Positions 10,676-21,757 of a stretch of DNA of 64,000 nt are shown here, one piece after another. Within the stretch, counting starts at the first letter, position 1, and every line of letters starts with the position of its first letter. Position numbers and translations under genes: made by a program. The notes below the pieces were generated by a model. It had not been told where the DNA came from. It did not search any database and saw only the letters and a list, made by a program, of their open reading frames with translations. Origin of the DNA: Gemmatimonadota bacterium (lineage in GTDB: Bacteria; JBHIER01; G020348925); the NCBI GenBank assembly GCA_020348925.1, contig CP070758.1, positions 1,958,030 through 2,022,029 of the forward strand, written 5' to 3'.

Positions 10676-11038
10676 CCCGGAGCATTCCCCACAGAGGTCC
10701 ACACCGTGGGGTAATTTATCATGCGGAACGCAGAGACGCAGAGATGAATCCGACACATACCATACAAAATGTACGACCACAGAATGTGTCAAATCGATTA
10801 CTGAGACCTAAGTTCCGTTTAAACATCTCCATATATTCCGTATCACGGACGTTTGTGACTGAATGAGGTTAAAGAAGTTCCTTTTCACCTGAAACCATTT
10901 CCCAATTTTAACGTTAATCAGAATTAGAGAGAAGAATTCATTCTATTGAGGGGTGACAAAGCCGTCGTGCCAGGACGACGAGCCGCATTGTACGCGACTC
11001 CGTTTTGAAATGTAAAACCACTAAACTAGGAGGTTGCC

Positions 11039-12658
11039 ATGCTCTTTCAAAAAAAACCTAACGTACAAGGACGCCTTTTGGAGTTTTTCTTTATGGGACT
11101 GTTTTTTACAGGCTTAGGGATTTTGATCGCTTCTGGTTTCAACTGGTCTCCGTCGAGTCATGCCCAGGCGCCGGATATGAATGCTCCCCAGACCAGTCCA
11201 TCCGCCGTTCCCAGTCAGTCCCACTTATTATCAGGTGAGGAAAGCCCTTTTGTCGCCGTGGCCGAAAAGGTGAAACCGGCTGTGGTCAATGTACGCTCTG
11301 AGATCGTCGTAAAAGGCAGGGCACGGGGACTTCCTTTCGAATTCTATTTCGAAGATCCCTTCGAGGACTTCTTCAGAGACTTTTTCCGCCGATCCCCGAG
11401 GGAGGATGATGGCCGAGAATATGAACGGCGTTCTGAGGGAAGAGGCTCCGGGGTTATTATCGATGAAGAGGGTTACATTCTGACGAACAACCATGTGGTC
11501 GAGGGGGCGGAAGAGGTGACGGTGAAGTTGTCCGACGACAGGGAATTTGAGGCTGAGATCGTCGGCACCGATCCCATGACGGACATCGCTTTACTCAAAA
11601 TCAAAGAGAACGGCATTGTTGCACAAAATGGCGTTGCCCTATTGGGCGATTCGGATGAAATCCGCGTCGGCGATTGGGCCATTGCTGTCGGAAACCCGTT
11701 CGGCCTCGACAGGACAGTGACCGTTGGGGTCATTAGTGCCAAGGGAAGATCGGGCCTTCACATCGCCGACTCCGGAGGGCGCGATCGCTCGCCGACCTTC
11801 CAGGATTTCATTCAAACGGATGCATCCATCAATTTCGGCAACAGCGGTGGGCCGTTGGTGAACATCAGGGGTGAAGTGATCGGAATCAATACAGCCATCA
11901 ACACCCAGGGGCAGGGCATAGGATTCGCCATCCCCATCAACGTCGTCAAGAAGGTTGCCGAACAGCTTCGGGAGTCCGGCAGGGTTGTGCGTGGATTTCT
12001 GGGAATATGGTTCTCAGAGTTGAATCGTGATATCGCCGAAGCGAAGGATCTTGATGTCACCAAGGGCATTATTGTCAATCAGGTCATGGAGGACAGTCCG
12101 GCTAAAGAAGCAGGCATTCAACAGGGTGACGTCATCGTTGCCTTCGACGGAAAGGAGATCGATTCCGACAGTCAATTTCAATTCATGGTGGCCGGAACCG
12201 AACCCGGGAAAACCATTAACCTCGAGGTCATCCGAGATGGCAAGCGTAAAACCATCCCTGTCAAGCTGGGAGAGCGCGATACCGAGGAGGTCGCCCAGGC
12301 GGAGGACGAAGAGGAGGAGCCCTGGCTCGGTCTCACTGTGGAGAGCACCAGCGGGTCCTTCGCCCGACAGCACAACATCACCGAGGATGAGGGTGTGATT
12401 GTTGTTCAGGTCGAGCCTGGAAGCCCGGCGGACGATAAGGGGCTCCAACCTCTCGATGTCATTCTGGAGGTTGACAATCGAAAAATTGAAAGCCTAAGAG
12501 ACTACAGAGGCATCTCCCAGGATCTGAAAGATCGGGAGAAGGCCATTCTTTTTCTCGTAAAACGAGGAGAGAGAACCTTCTATTCGGCGTTGAAACAGAA
12601 AAAAAAATTATCAAGCAGGGGGGTATCGGAAAAGTTTATATCCCTTTTCTATTCATAG
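11039..12658 (+). CDS. degP: HtrA/DegP-DegQ serine endoprotease with two PDZ domains
   Basis: TNNHVV, DIALLKI and [16 protein letters not shown] triad motifs; two PDZ domains; N-terminal TM/signal. Confidence 0.93.
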   Translation: MLFQKKPNVQGRLLEFFFMGLFFTGLGILIASGFNWSPSSHAQAPDMNAPQTSPSAVPSQSHLLSGEESPFVAVAEKVKPAVVNVRSEIVVKGRARGLPFEFYFEDPFEDFFRDFFRRSPREDDGREYERRSEGRGSGVIIDEEGYILTNNHVVEGAEEVTVKLSDDREFEAEIVGTDPMTDIALLKIKENGIVAQNGVALLGDSDEIRVGDWAIAVGNPFGLDRTVTVGVISAKGRSGLHIADSGGRDRSPTFQDFIQTDASINFGNSGGPLVNIRGEVIGINTAINTQGQGIGFAIPINVVKKVAEQLRESGRVVRGFLGIWFSELNRDIAEAKDLDVTKGIIVNQVMEDSPAKEAGIQQGDVIVAFDGKEIDSDSQFQFMVAGTEPGKTINLEVIRDGKRKTIPVKLGERDTEEVAQAEDEEEEPWLGLTVESTSGSFARQHNITEDEGVIVVQVEPGSPADDKGLQPLDVILEVDNRKIESLRDYRGISQDLKDREKAILFLVKRGERTFYSALKQKKKLSSRGVSEKFISLFYS

Positions 12659-12684
12659 CGCTTTTTTTACTTTAGATGTCACAT

Positions 12685-12722
12685 AAAGCGGGTCCATTGT
12701 GAATCAATGCCCGCTTTTTTTA
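12685..12722 (+). terminator. Intrinsic terminator after degP
   Basis: aaagcggg...cccgc stem followed by a T run. Confidence 0.75.
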
Positions 12723-12878
12723 TGCCTTCGGTGATTTAAGGAAAAGGTGTCAGGAAGATTTTCTGAGAAAAGAAGGGTTTCTTTATTTACCAAAAACTCA
12801 TTGTGTTATAAAAAATATTCGGATTCATTTTATGGTTTCGATCGACAGAATTAAAAAATATCTCTGGAGGGATATGCG

Positions 12879-12904
12879 AAGCGGCGCCTTAAAAGGCGCC
12901 GCTT
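12879..12904. terminator. Perfect hairpin, likely terminator for the minus-strand gene
   Basis: aagcggcgcctt-aa-aaggcgccgctt. Confidence 0.65.
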
Positions 12905-12949
12905 TCATAGATTTACGAATGTGCTTGCAAAGAAACACGCATGTTAGAC

Positions 12950-13327
12950 TTATTCGGAAATGAGAACAGTGCAGTTATTAGCAGCATCGTTCACCGCAAC
13001 AGACAATGCGTCCGAAATATCACCAGCAGGTTTGGCATGGAAGTTAGCGGTGCCATTCTGCCTCACGGTGAAGGTACCATAAGACACATAGCCAGCACCA
13101 TCATCGATCCAGACTTCATATTCTGTCCCAGCTGTTAATCCCCAGCAATTTATCTGTATTTCGGTTTTGTCGGCGTCCTTAGCATAGTTCAACATGACTT
13201 TTCCATATGCACCTTCCTCAGGACAACCTGCAGCAAACGGCACTAAATCTTTCTTTACAGCTTTTGCCAGGGCAATGCCTGCCACGAGTGCAACGACGAG
13301 ACCAATCAACGCGAATTTCTTATACAT
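12950..13327 (-). CDS. Small secreted hypothetical protein (beta-rich)
   Basis: RBS aaggag; signal peptide MYKKFALIGLVVALVAGIALA; 125 aa. Confidence 0.75.
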   Translation of the reverse strand: MYKKFALIGLVVALVAGIALAKAVKKDLVPFAAGCPEEGAYGKVMLNYAKDADKTEIQINCWGLTAGTEYEVWIDDGAGYVSYGTFTVRQNGTANFHAKPAGDISDALSVAVNDAANNCTVLISE

Positions 13328-14032
13328 GATACTTCTCCTTCGGTTTGAGATTTCCAACTTAACGTTCGAATTTATGTGGGTTTAATTTTTTCTACCACCT
13401 CCTTTCTCTCCCTATCAGGCGCAAATCCGGTTTAAATTTCACGATTTTAATGAAATTTAAAAACAAGCACTTTGAACCCATTTTGAATATTTGATTCGCA
13501 CCATTTCTGTGATTTTAAATAATGTCAAAGACCTGAAGATCATCTCCTTCTTCAAGGTGCTCAAACTCTTTTGCTAAGATCCAACAACAACTCATAGATT
13601 GGGTACATTGCTCGATCTTGCATTTGAAAAATATATAGAGGCATAGCGAAAATCATTGACTTTGGTCAAGGAGTTGCGATTATTGTTTTTTATTTCTGAG
13701 GATCGATCAGACAGGCATGCTTCATAATCACTCAACTTTCAACCTGAAATTTCCTTGTGACTATGAACTCGCTTGTTTTCCCCTTTGAGTATTTTTGGTC
13801 ACAATCGTCGTCCAAAACGCTTTGACAGCCAATATTTTCATACTTCACTCAAGGGATACATTTCTATATCACCACATTATGTCTGTGGTACTCATACCAT
13901 CACGCAGAAATCCAAACTTCCTTTCACCGATTCTTCTAAAATTTTCCGAACATTGAAAAGAACGTGCGCTGTCAATTTTTCAATTGATGAATACCTTGTA
14001 TCTGCCGCAGTCAAAATTTTTTCATTTTTTAC

Positions 14033-14061
14033 TTGACAACGGTAAAAATATTTACTATGTT
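14033..14061 (+). promoter_or_regulatory. Sigma70 promoter
   Basis: TTGACA-17 nt-TATGTT with AT-rich upstream sequence. Confidence 0.65.
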
Positions 14062-14104
14062 TGCGATTGCGATGACAGAGGGCGGGAGTATATATGGAAC
14101 TTTG

Positions 14105-14175
14105 AACCCAGTTTGTATCTTTATTATAAGCCGCAACCTGTTGTCGGCAAAGGAAGAAAAGACTGGGTTTTTTTA
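14105..14175 (+). terminator. Terminator-like leader hairpin
   Basis: aacccagttt...agactgggtt plus T run, enclosing the inner hairpin gccgcaac-ct-gttgtcggc. Confidence 0.55.
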
Positions 14176-14302
14176 TTCGAAATCAGTTTTAGGGAACAAT
14201 ATTTCCGCTCGCACTCTTATCAATTCCGGATGTCGATAGCGAAAATCCAACCGGAGGTGATAGAGAACCTAAAATATTATTGAAGAACAGACAATACTTA
14301 GA

Positions 14303-14378
14303 ACGATAAAGGTAAACCTCGGGAAACTGAGGGACACAAAGCCACGGGTCTGTTTAAAGATAGCCGGGCTGCCGAAGC
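14303..14378 (+). ncRNA. Cyclic di-GMP-I (GEMM-I) riboswitch aptamer
   Basis: GGTAAACCtcgGGAAactgaGGGACACAAAgccacgggtc...gatagccgggctgccgaa matches the GEMM P2 tetraloop stem, the CAAA junction and P3; G at the position equivalent to Vc2 G20. Confidence 0.88.
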
Positions 14379-14419
14379 ATACTATAATGCATTGTTTGGT
14401 GGTCCGGCTTTCTTTTTTT
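14362..14419 (+). terminator. Riboswitch expression-platform terminator
   Basis: agccgggctgccgaagca...tgtttggtggtccggct followed by ttcttttttt; its 5' arm overlaps the aptamer 3' strand. Confidence 0.8.
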
Positions 14420-14475
14420 GTTGAGAATGGAAAAATGAGGTGTCTTTAACCTCGTTATAAATAGGGAGGAGCGAG

Positions 14476-16307
14476 ATGTTGAAGAGAGGCGAAGTATTGA
14501 TAGCGGTTTCCCTGCTTGTTTCTACGGTCATATTTATGGGTTCTGTGCGTATTTCAGAAGGTGCATGGCCCTGTCCCGATTTCAATTGTACAGCCGGAGA
14601 CGTTACAGCAACAGGAATATGGCTCGGAGATATAAATGGAAATGCACTCCCAAACTGTAATCCAGGAGATAGCCAAACTGCGTATATCTGGTTTAAAATT
14701 CATAATGGTACTGGCACTGAACGGTACGCCGTATGGCTGACTGCAGGGATATACATTGATGGTAGCTTGGTAACGGATATCGACCAGTGTATTGCTGAAT
14801 CGATCGGCGGAGGCATTGTTGATAGTACCTATGCTTACAGCTTTACGTGGGCATGCGGTTCCGAGGTGAAGCTCTCAAACCACTCTTCTGTTGCTTCTGA
14901 GAACGGTGCTGTTATCAGTTGGTCAACGACGTCCGCAGCTTGTACCGATCTACCAACATGCACATCACGCAAATCACAATCTACTTGCGCGGGAGAATTT
15001 ATTGTGGAAGCACCGCTCGTTGCCGATTTTTCCGCTGTCCCGACAAGCGGTTGTGCGCCGTTGACGGTTCAATTCACCGATGAAACGACAGGTGGTAACA
15101 CTTCATCTCCATATACGTATAGCTGGACCTTTGGTGATGGCGGAACCTCTTTCGATCAAAATCCATTGTACACATACAACACGGCAGGAACGTATACCGT
15201 TACACTTGAGGTTACTGACGAAAGTAGCAACACCGACTCGGAAACCAAGACAAATTATATAACAGTGTATGCTGTACCAATTGCCAGTGCATCCAGCAAT
15301 TCACCGGTGTGTGAGGATGAAACTATCGAGTTGACCGGTGGTCCTGATGCCATGGATAGTTACAGCTGGACCGGACCGAATGATTTTGTCAATAGTCAAC
15401 AATCTCCCACGATTCCAAGTAGTACTTCGAATATGGATGGAACGTACCAACTGATCGTAATCAAAAGTGGTTGCCCCGATACTGCCACAGTTGATGTTTC
15501 CATCGTCGCTCCCCCAGTGCCCACGGCACCTGACGTCACCTTGTGCAGCGGCTACAGCCAGCAGGACCTCGAGGATGCCGTCCATACTGCCGGTGGTGGA
15601 TGCGATGCTGGTAATGAGACAATTACAGACAACGGGAATGGGACATATACGGTGACCTGTGACAATGGAGTATGTGATCCTACCGATGCCACCGGTGATA
15701 TCACAGTCTTAGAGGTCTGTGTGGCCACGGCTCCTGATTTCTCCATCTGCATCGGCACCACTGTGGACGATGCTCTGTTCACCAGCAACGGGGCGGACTG
15801 CTCTGCCGGGTGCGGTATGACACTGTCCTACAGCTTCGACGGCAACACTGCTGGCAAATACTCCTACACCGTGACCTGTGACAATGGAGTATGCGATCCC
15901 ACCGAGGCCACAGGAGAGGTCACAGTCGTGGAGGCCTGTGTGGCCACGGCTCCTGATTTCTCCATCTGCATCGACACCACGGTGGATGATACTCTGTTCA
16001 CCAGCAACGGCGCAAACTGCTCTGTGGGGTGCGGTATGACGGTAACCTACGATTTCGATGGGAGCACCATTGGCACGTATCCCTATACGGTTGATTGCGA
16101 AAGTGACATATGTGACCCTGGTAGTGCAACTGGTTATGTTACAGTGGAAGAGTGCTGTATTGTGGAAGCGATTGCCTCAAGTAACTCACGTGTGTGTGAG
16201 GGTGACACCGTAAAGTTGTTCGGCGAACCAGATGAAATGTGCGATTACAGTTGGGTTGGTCCTGAATGTGAATGGTCCTGCTGTGACAAAAGGTGGAAGA
16301 GTAGTCA
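14476..16307 (+). CDS. Secreted Cys-rich PKD/Ig-like repeat surface protein (3' truncated by gap)
   Basis: Signal peptide; PKD motif (YSWTFGDG...YTVTLEV); ASSNSPVCE Ig-like units; 73-aa Cys-rich repeats. Confidence 0.85.
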
Positions 16308-16407
16308 NNNNNNNNNNNNNNNNNNNNNNNNNNNNNNNNNNNNNNNNNNNNNNNNNNNNNNNNNNNNNNNNNNNNNNNNNNNNNNNNNNNNNNNNNNNNN
16401 NNNNNNN

Positions 16408-16476
16408 AGGCGCATGTGGGATGCCGATTCCGACAATATATTCATGGCCAAGCTCACGTACTGGTTGAGTATGTAA
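16408..16476 (+). CDS. C-terminal fragment of a probable outer-membrane protein (DUF5916-like end)
   Basis: DNIFMAKLTYWLSM amphipathic terminal strand at contig start. Confidence 0.45.
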   Translation, partial: RRMWDADSDNIFMAKLTYWLSM

Positions 16477-16586
16477 ACATTCTCAAAAAATATCCAAGGA
16501 CGTCCATGTCTGGGTGCCCCCTTCGAGAACCGAAGTTGATTTCGAAGGGGGTTTTTAACTTGGACAATGCGTAAAAAAATAAAAGC

Positions 16587-16670
16587 TGTCATTCCTGCGC
16601 ATGGAGGAATCTCCTGGATTACATAACAGACTCTTGACTAAGGAGATTCCGGGATAAACCCGGAATGACA
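16587..16670. repeat. REP-like palindromic element, copy 1
   Basis: tgtcattcc...ggaatctcc...ggagattccgggataaacccggaatgaca. Confidence 0.8.
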
Positions 16671-17051
16671 TAGCGTAGAATCGTAAACAGTGCCGTGGAA
16701 CAAAATTCAAAACCAATATTCCTTTTAACTCCATAAAATGTGCGTATTACATTTATTATGCTGATTTTATGAGTAGTCCAGTTTAAAAAGCCCAAATATT
16801 TCTTTCTAAATCCCTCCGATTCTTTGTATTTCCCATTTCTACTGCAAATTATTCATTGATTTTTTTGAAAAATGACATTATTTTTGATCTCTTAAAATTC
16901 TGGTTTATGAACCCTTTGTCAATAAGGCCCAAAAGGACATAATATTCGTAAGAAGCATTGGTACTTGTTGACGATACGCTGATTGCTCGAAATGTAAGAA
17001 TTTGAGGATTCGATACGATGAAAAATATATTCAATTAAAGGGAGGAGCTTT

Positions 17052-17504
17052 ATGCAATTCGGACATATCGCAGTGGGCCTGGCTATTTCTACGTATGATT
17101 GGAATCTTGGGACGATCGCTGTCGTGAACGGAGCCCATTGGCTGCCCAACGCCGACGTTTTCCTGATCAAAGCCGGGATGGCCAAGGATAGTTTCCACTG
17201 CTGGATTACCCATACGCTCCTCTTTGCTCTTGCCGTCAGCTTACTTATTCTGCCGTTCTCCACCAAGTATGCCCTCTTTGCTCTCATCAGTCTGGTGGCC
17301 CATTACCTGGCCGACCTGCCCAGCGATATCGGCCAGCAGCTCCTGTGGCCGTTATCCAAGAGGAAATTTACATTGGCCCTGTGGAAGGATACGGGCTTCT
17401 GGGGCTGGGAGACCATCAAGGGCGGCTACGCCCAATGGACGACGTGGGTCGTCGAAGGCGCCGCCTTCGCTTTCCTCATTTACAGGTTGACGGTTATTTA
17501 CTGA
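17052..17504 (+). CDS. Membrane metal-dependent hydrolase (YdjM-like)
   Basis: GHIAVG, LPNAD, HCWITHTL, HYLAD motifs with hydrophobic helices; RBS ggagg. Confidence 0.75.
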   Translation: MQFGHIAVGLAISTYDWNLGTIAVVNGAHWLPNADVFLIKAGMAKDSFHCWITHTLLFALAVSLLILPFSTKYALFALISLVAHYLADLPSDIGQQLLWPLSKRKFTLALWKDTGFWGWETIKGGYAQWTTWVVEGAAFAFLIYRLTVIY

Positions 17505-17942
17505 GATTTTTTCTCCTTAACTCAAATTATTCTCTTACCTTACCATCTGGGGGATCATTACGCAATATTTTCAACTTATTAGTGCATAAAGTGCATTCTT
17601 CTGCTGTGTGCAGCAGAAGAATAACTTCGTCAGAATATACCCATCTTTATTGTTTTCAATTGAATATGAAGCATCTTGTATTATTTCTTACTTATTGGAA
17701 TGAGTATTGCAGAACTATTTACATATTAATAATAAAGGGAAAAAAGTATACTACGAATATGATAATGAAATCTGGGTATGAGACGAGCGAATTCGCATCC
17801 ATTTCAAAGAGGAGGTAATTATAACGGGAAGAGTTAATGTTTCTTTGATTCTTTTGTCATTATTGTATTTTCTGAACATTTCAGAATTGTGAACATCCTG
17901 GGATAACGATATACTTTTATTCTACGATCAGGAGGTGGAAAC

Positions 17943-18986
17943 ATGGGGAAAGGAAAGAATGTTTTGCCGTTGTCTGTCGTCCTAGTTTTTCTCGCCTTCA
18001 CATCGATCTTGGCTGGACACAATGAAACACTTCAACCAGGTTCTGTCCTGAACCAGAGCGATTACGACACATTGAGGTGGCGAACGCTGTCAGAGCCGAC
18101 AGTGAATTTCTGGTATGAATCGGTCGGGGTCGAAGATACCATAGCGGTCTGGTTTCAGCCATCAGGGCCTTGCAGCCTGATTGCTGTCCGTTTACGTCCC
18201 TTTGATTTCGAAGGCGATTGTTTAGTCAATGTGTGGGACGGATCCCGCTACGACGGTCACATTACGATGACCGACAGCACAGGTAGCAATGGCTGGATCG
18301 GAGGTTTCGAGGATGGCCAATGGGTTCCAGGCCCGGTAATAGGGCACTCTCCCCTTGGATGGGAAAAGTATGACCGAGACCATCATTACTGGGGGGAGTT
18401 CCCATTTGTAGTAACGGAGTACCACATTGGGCAATGGGTAGAAATTCCTATTTCATTAGGCCAGCCTGAAAAAGTGTTTATAAATGGCGATCCGTTCTTT
18501 ATCGCCGTTACGCTTTACCAGACTTATGGCCACGGGTGGGCGGCAGAGGATGAGGGGACCACCCCCTTTCATACCTTCAAGTACTATGATGACGGACATC
18601 AGGCTCCAGGTCCCAGTGGTCACTACGGCTGGCACATTCATAGTGAATCGGTCTGGATTGAGGCTCTTGTTAAATATCTCAGTACCAGTAGTGCTCAGGA
18701 AGAGAATCGATTAAATATTCCGAGCACATTTCGTCTTTCGCAAAATTACCCGAACCCTTTTAATCCTTATACAACCATACACTATGCACTGCCTCAGGCT
18801 TCAGAAGTAAGGCTGGAAATATGTAATATCTTAGGTCAAATCGTGGATGTCTTGGTGAATGGTGCACAAGATGCTGGACATCATATGATCGAATGGGATG
18901 GGTCGGATGTATCCAGTGGTGTGTACTTTTACAGGATTACGGCCGGTCGTTACTCGGCCAGCAAGCAAATGGTTCTTATGAAGTAA
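17943..18986 (+). CDS. Secreted protein, paralog 1 (unknown ~250-aa domain plus FlgD-Ig/T9SS-type C-terminal sorting domain)
   Basis: Signal peptide; WDGSRYDGHIT motif; LSQNYPNPFNP...SGVYFYRI...KQMVLMK. Confidence 0.85.
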   Translation: MGKGKNVLPLSVVLVFLAFTSILAGHNETLQPGSVLNQSDYDTLRWRTLSEPTVNFWYESVGVEDTIAVWFQPSGPCSLIAVRLRPFDFEGDCLVNVWDGSRYDGHITMTDSTGSNGWIGGFEDGQWVPGPVIGHSPLGWEKYDRDHHYWGEFPFVVTEYHIGQWVEIPISLGQPEKVFINGDPFFIAVTLYQTYGHGWAAEDEGTTPFHTFKYYDDGHQAPGPSGHYGWHIHSESVWIEALVKYLSTSSAQEENRLNIPSTFRLSQNYPNPFNPYTTIHYALPQASEVRLEICNILGQIVDVLVNGAQDAGHHMIEWDGSDVSSGVYFYRITAGRYSASKQMVLMK

Positions 18987-19223
18987 TTTGATTGTAAAGG
19001 AATTTCCTTTGGAAACTTTTGGTACAGAAATGAGTAGGGATATATATCCCTGTTACACTATTCGCCCGGCATACATATACCGAGCGATCAAGGCTGGGAC
19101 GTAACCGTAGCCGTTCGACGAAACGGGCCTCGTCACAGTAACCGAACGACGTAACTTGTTCGGATCAGAGATTGGCCACTCTTTTTGAGATGGAGTGGCC
19201 ATGAAACACAAGGAGGTGAGAAC

Positions 19224-20282
19224 ATGGATAGGGGAAAGAATGTTATGTTGGTGTCTGTTGTCCTTACACTTCTTGCCTTCGCTTCAATTTTTGCTGGTCA
19301 GATTGAAGTGCTTCGACCGGGTAGGATGCTCAACCAAAGCGACTGCGATACCCTGACGTGGCGCACTTTTGATGAAACGAGTGAAAGTCTTGATTTTGCA
19401 TGTGTCGGGGACACCATGGCCGTGTGGTTCGATCCGCCTGCTCCGTGCAGTCTTATAGCGATTCGATTCTTTGCAAAAGATATGGAATCCCAGACATTGT
19501 TTGATGTATGGGATGGCTCTCGCTATGATGGACACATCACCACAACCGATAGCACGGATAGTAATGGTTGGATCGGCAATTTTGAGAACGATCAATGGAT
19601 TTCGGGGCCAGTACTCGGCCATTCTCCTATTGGGTGGAATGCTGAAGATACAACACACCATTACTGGGGGCCATTTTCCCTTAATATAACCGAGGATATG
19701 CACGGCACGTGGTACGAGCTACCTTTGGCCTGGCATGAGCCTCATGGATTTCGGGGTGAAGTAGATATTGGCGATGATCCCTTTATTGTATCAATTCATT
19801 CACGTGCGACTAATTACGGTGGAATGGCAGCAGAATATGAGGGTACGACACCATACCATGTGTTCAAATATCACAGCTCAGGCGGATGCGAGGAATTTCC
19901 AGGTCCAGATGGTCAGCATTTTGGGTGGTATATTCTCAGTGCTTCGGTTTGGGTTGAGGCAATTGTGAAATATACTCGGACAACCAGTGTCGAGGAGGAT
20001 GTTGATTTAAAAACTCCTGATACATTTGTACTTTTTCAGAATTATCCCAATCCATTCAATCCGGAGACAACTATCGAATACACTTTGCCTGAGCCTACCA
20101 GAGTGAAAGTTGAAGTGTATAGCATACTGGGACAAATTGTTGAAGTATTGGTGGATTCTGAGATGGAAGCGGGCCTTCATAAAGTACAATGGAACGGTGA
20201 GAAAGTTTCAAGTGGAGTGTATTTTTACAGGATTACGGCAGATAATTTCTCGGCCAGCAAACGCATGGTTCTTATGAAGTAA
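19224..20282 (+). CDS. Secreted protein, paralog 2
   Basis: RBS aggaggt; same domain and C-terminal domain as paralog 1. Confidence 0.85.
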   Translation: MDRGKNVMLVSVVLTLLAFASIFAGQIEVLRPGRMLNQSDCDTLTWRTFDETSESLDFACVGDTMAVWFDPPAPCSLIAIRFFAKDMESQTLFDVWDGSRYDGHITTTDSTDSNGWIGNFENDQWISGPVLGHSPIGWNAEDTTHHYWGPFSLNITEDMHGTWYELPLAWHEPHGFRGEVDIGDDPFIVSIHSRATNYGGMAAEYEGTTPYHVFKYHSSGGCEEFPGPDGQHFGWYILSASVWVEAIVKYTRTTSVEEDVDLKTPDTFVLFQNYPNPFNPETTIEYTLPEPTRVKVEVYSILGQIVEVLVDSEMEAGLHKVQWNGEKVSSGVYFYRITADNFSASKRMVLMK

Positions 20283-20311
20283 TATGGGGTCTTTTGCTTG
20301 TATCGTGAAGA

Positions 20312-20359
20312 ATGCTTTTTTTGCCCCTGTATAATAGGGTGGGGGGCAAAAAAAGCATC
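20312..20359. terminator. Bidirectional terminator-like hairpin
   Basis: atgcttttttt-gcccc...ggggc-aaaaaaagcat. Confidence 0.65.
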
Positions 20360-20467
20360 TACATCTGGACGGCCGTCACGACAGATGACAAAGAGCCGTA
20401 ATATGTTTGGATCAGAAATTGGCCTTCTTTTTGATCCATAGTCGTCATGAAACAAGGCGGTGGAAAC

Positions 20468-21505
20468 ATGGTCGGGAAAAATGTTGGACTGACATCTGTT
20501 GTGCTTTTACTTCTTGCCTTCACTTCAGTTTCATCTGGACAAATCGAGGTCCTCCGACCTGGCGGCAACCTGAATCAAAGTGGGTATGACACCTTAGGCT
20601 GGAGAACATTGGACGAGCCATCGGTGAAGTTCACCGAATATGGATTCAGTTCCGATGATTCTGTAGCAGTGTGGTTCAGACCGTCAGCTCCTTGTAGTCT
20701 TATAGCTATTCGGATTTATCCCATTGACATTGAAGGTGGATTCCGGTTTAATGTTTGGGATGGTTCGCATTATGACGGCCACATCACCACCACAGACAGC
20801 ACAGACAGTAACGGCTGGATAGGAGGATTTGAAGACGGCCAATGGATTCCAGGGAGAGTTTTGGGACACTCTCCAGTAGGGTGGAGTGAATTGGATTCCG
20901 TACACAACTTGTGGGGTCATGTTCCCCATAATGTTACTTATTCCCACCAAGGGAAATGGATTGAGATCCCTGCAGAGTATGGAAGGCAAGGTCAAATAGA
21001 TTTAGGCGATAAGCCTTTCATTATTTCGGTATTTATGAGCATAGCTGGAGGTTGGGGTTGGGCAGGTGAAGATGAGGGAACCGTTCCATATCATACTTTT
21101 AGTTACCATCATTATGACGGAACCGGTCCCGATGGTCAACACTCTGGATGGTTCATTCGCAGGACCTCATTATGGCTTGAAGCTGTAGTTAAGTACTACG
21201 ATGTTACATCTATTGAAGAGAACAGCGAAACAAATGTCCCAAAAGAATTCTGTCTCTATCAAAACTACCCGAATCCATTCAATCCGGAGACAACTATCGA
21301 ATATACTCTGCCCGAACCTTCCAGAGTGAGAGTAGAAGTTTACAATCTCTTGGGTCAGGTATTGGAAGTGTTGGTTGACTGTGAAAAAAATGCAGGTTAT
21401 CATGTGATTAAATGGGATGGGTCGGATGTACCCAGTGGTGTATACTTTTACAGGATTACGACCGATCATTTCTCGGCCAGCAAGCGCATGGTTCTTATGA
21501 AGTAA
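20468..21505 (+). CDS. Secreted protein, paralog 3
   Basis: Same architecture as paralogs 1 and 2. Confidence 0.85.
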   Translation: MVGKNVGLTSVVLLLLAFTSVSSGQIEVLRPGGNLNQSGYDTLGWRTLDEPSVKFTEYGFSSDDSVAVWFRPSAPCSLIAIRIYPIDIEGGFRFNVWDGSHYDGHITTTDSTDSNGWIGGFEDGQWIPGRVLGHSPVGWSELDSVHNLWGHVPHNVTYSHQGKWIEIPAEYGRQGQIDLGDKPFIISVFMSIAGGWGWAGEDEGTVPYHTFSYHHYDGTGPDGQHSGWFIRRTSLWLEAVVKYYDVTSIEENSETNVPKEFCLYQNYPNPFNPETTIEYTLPEPSRVRVEVYNLLGQVLEVLVDCEKNAGYHVIKWDGSDVPSGVYFYRITTDHFSASKRMVLMK

Positions 21506-21577
21506 TTTGATTGTCTAAGAATTTCCTTTTTGCAGGTTGTGAGATAAAGGTATGGAGCTAAAGGGCAGAAATATTTC

Positions 21578-21677
21578 GTTATTCAGGCCAGGGTCTGTCC
21601 CGGGCTTGTCCCGGAATGCCGGAATCTCCATCTCTCTGGCACAAGTTAGGAGATTCCGGGATAAACCCGGAATGATA
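21578..21677. repeat. REP-like palindromic element, copy 2
   Basis: ggaatctcc...ggagattccgggataaacccggaatga. Confidence 0.75.
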
Positions 21678-21757
21678 GATATATTTAATTTAATTGGATT
21701 ATAGGTTAACTGCTCTTTTTGATCCGGAATAGCCGTGAAGCACATGGAGGTGAGAAC

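Noticed and set aside
10955-10985. Sigma54 -24/-12 promoter near degP
   Set aside because: TGGCACG is on the opposite strand and lacks the -12 TTGC
13400-14030. AT-rich intergenic region with short ORFs
   Set aside because: No recognisable protein motif, RNA motif or repeat that I can support
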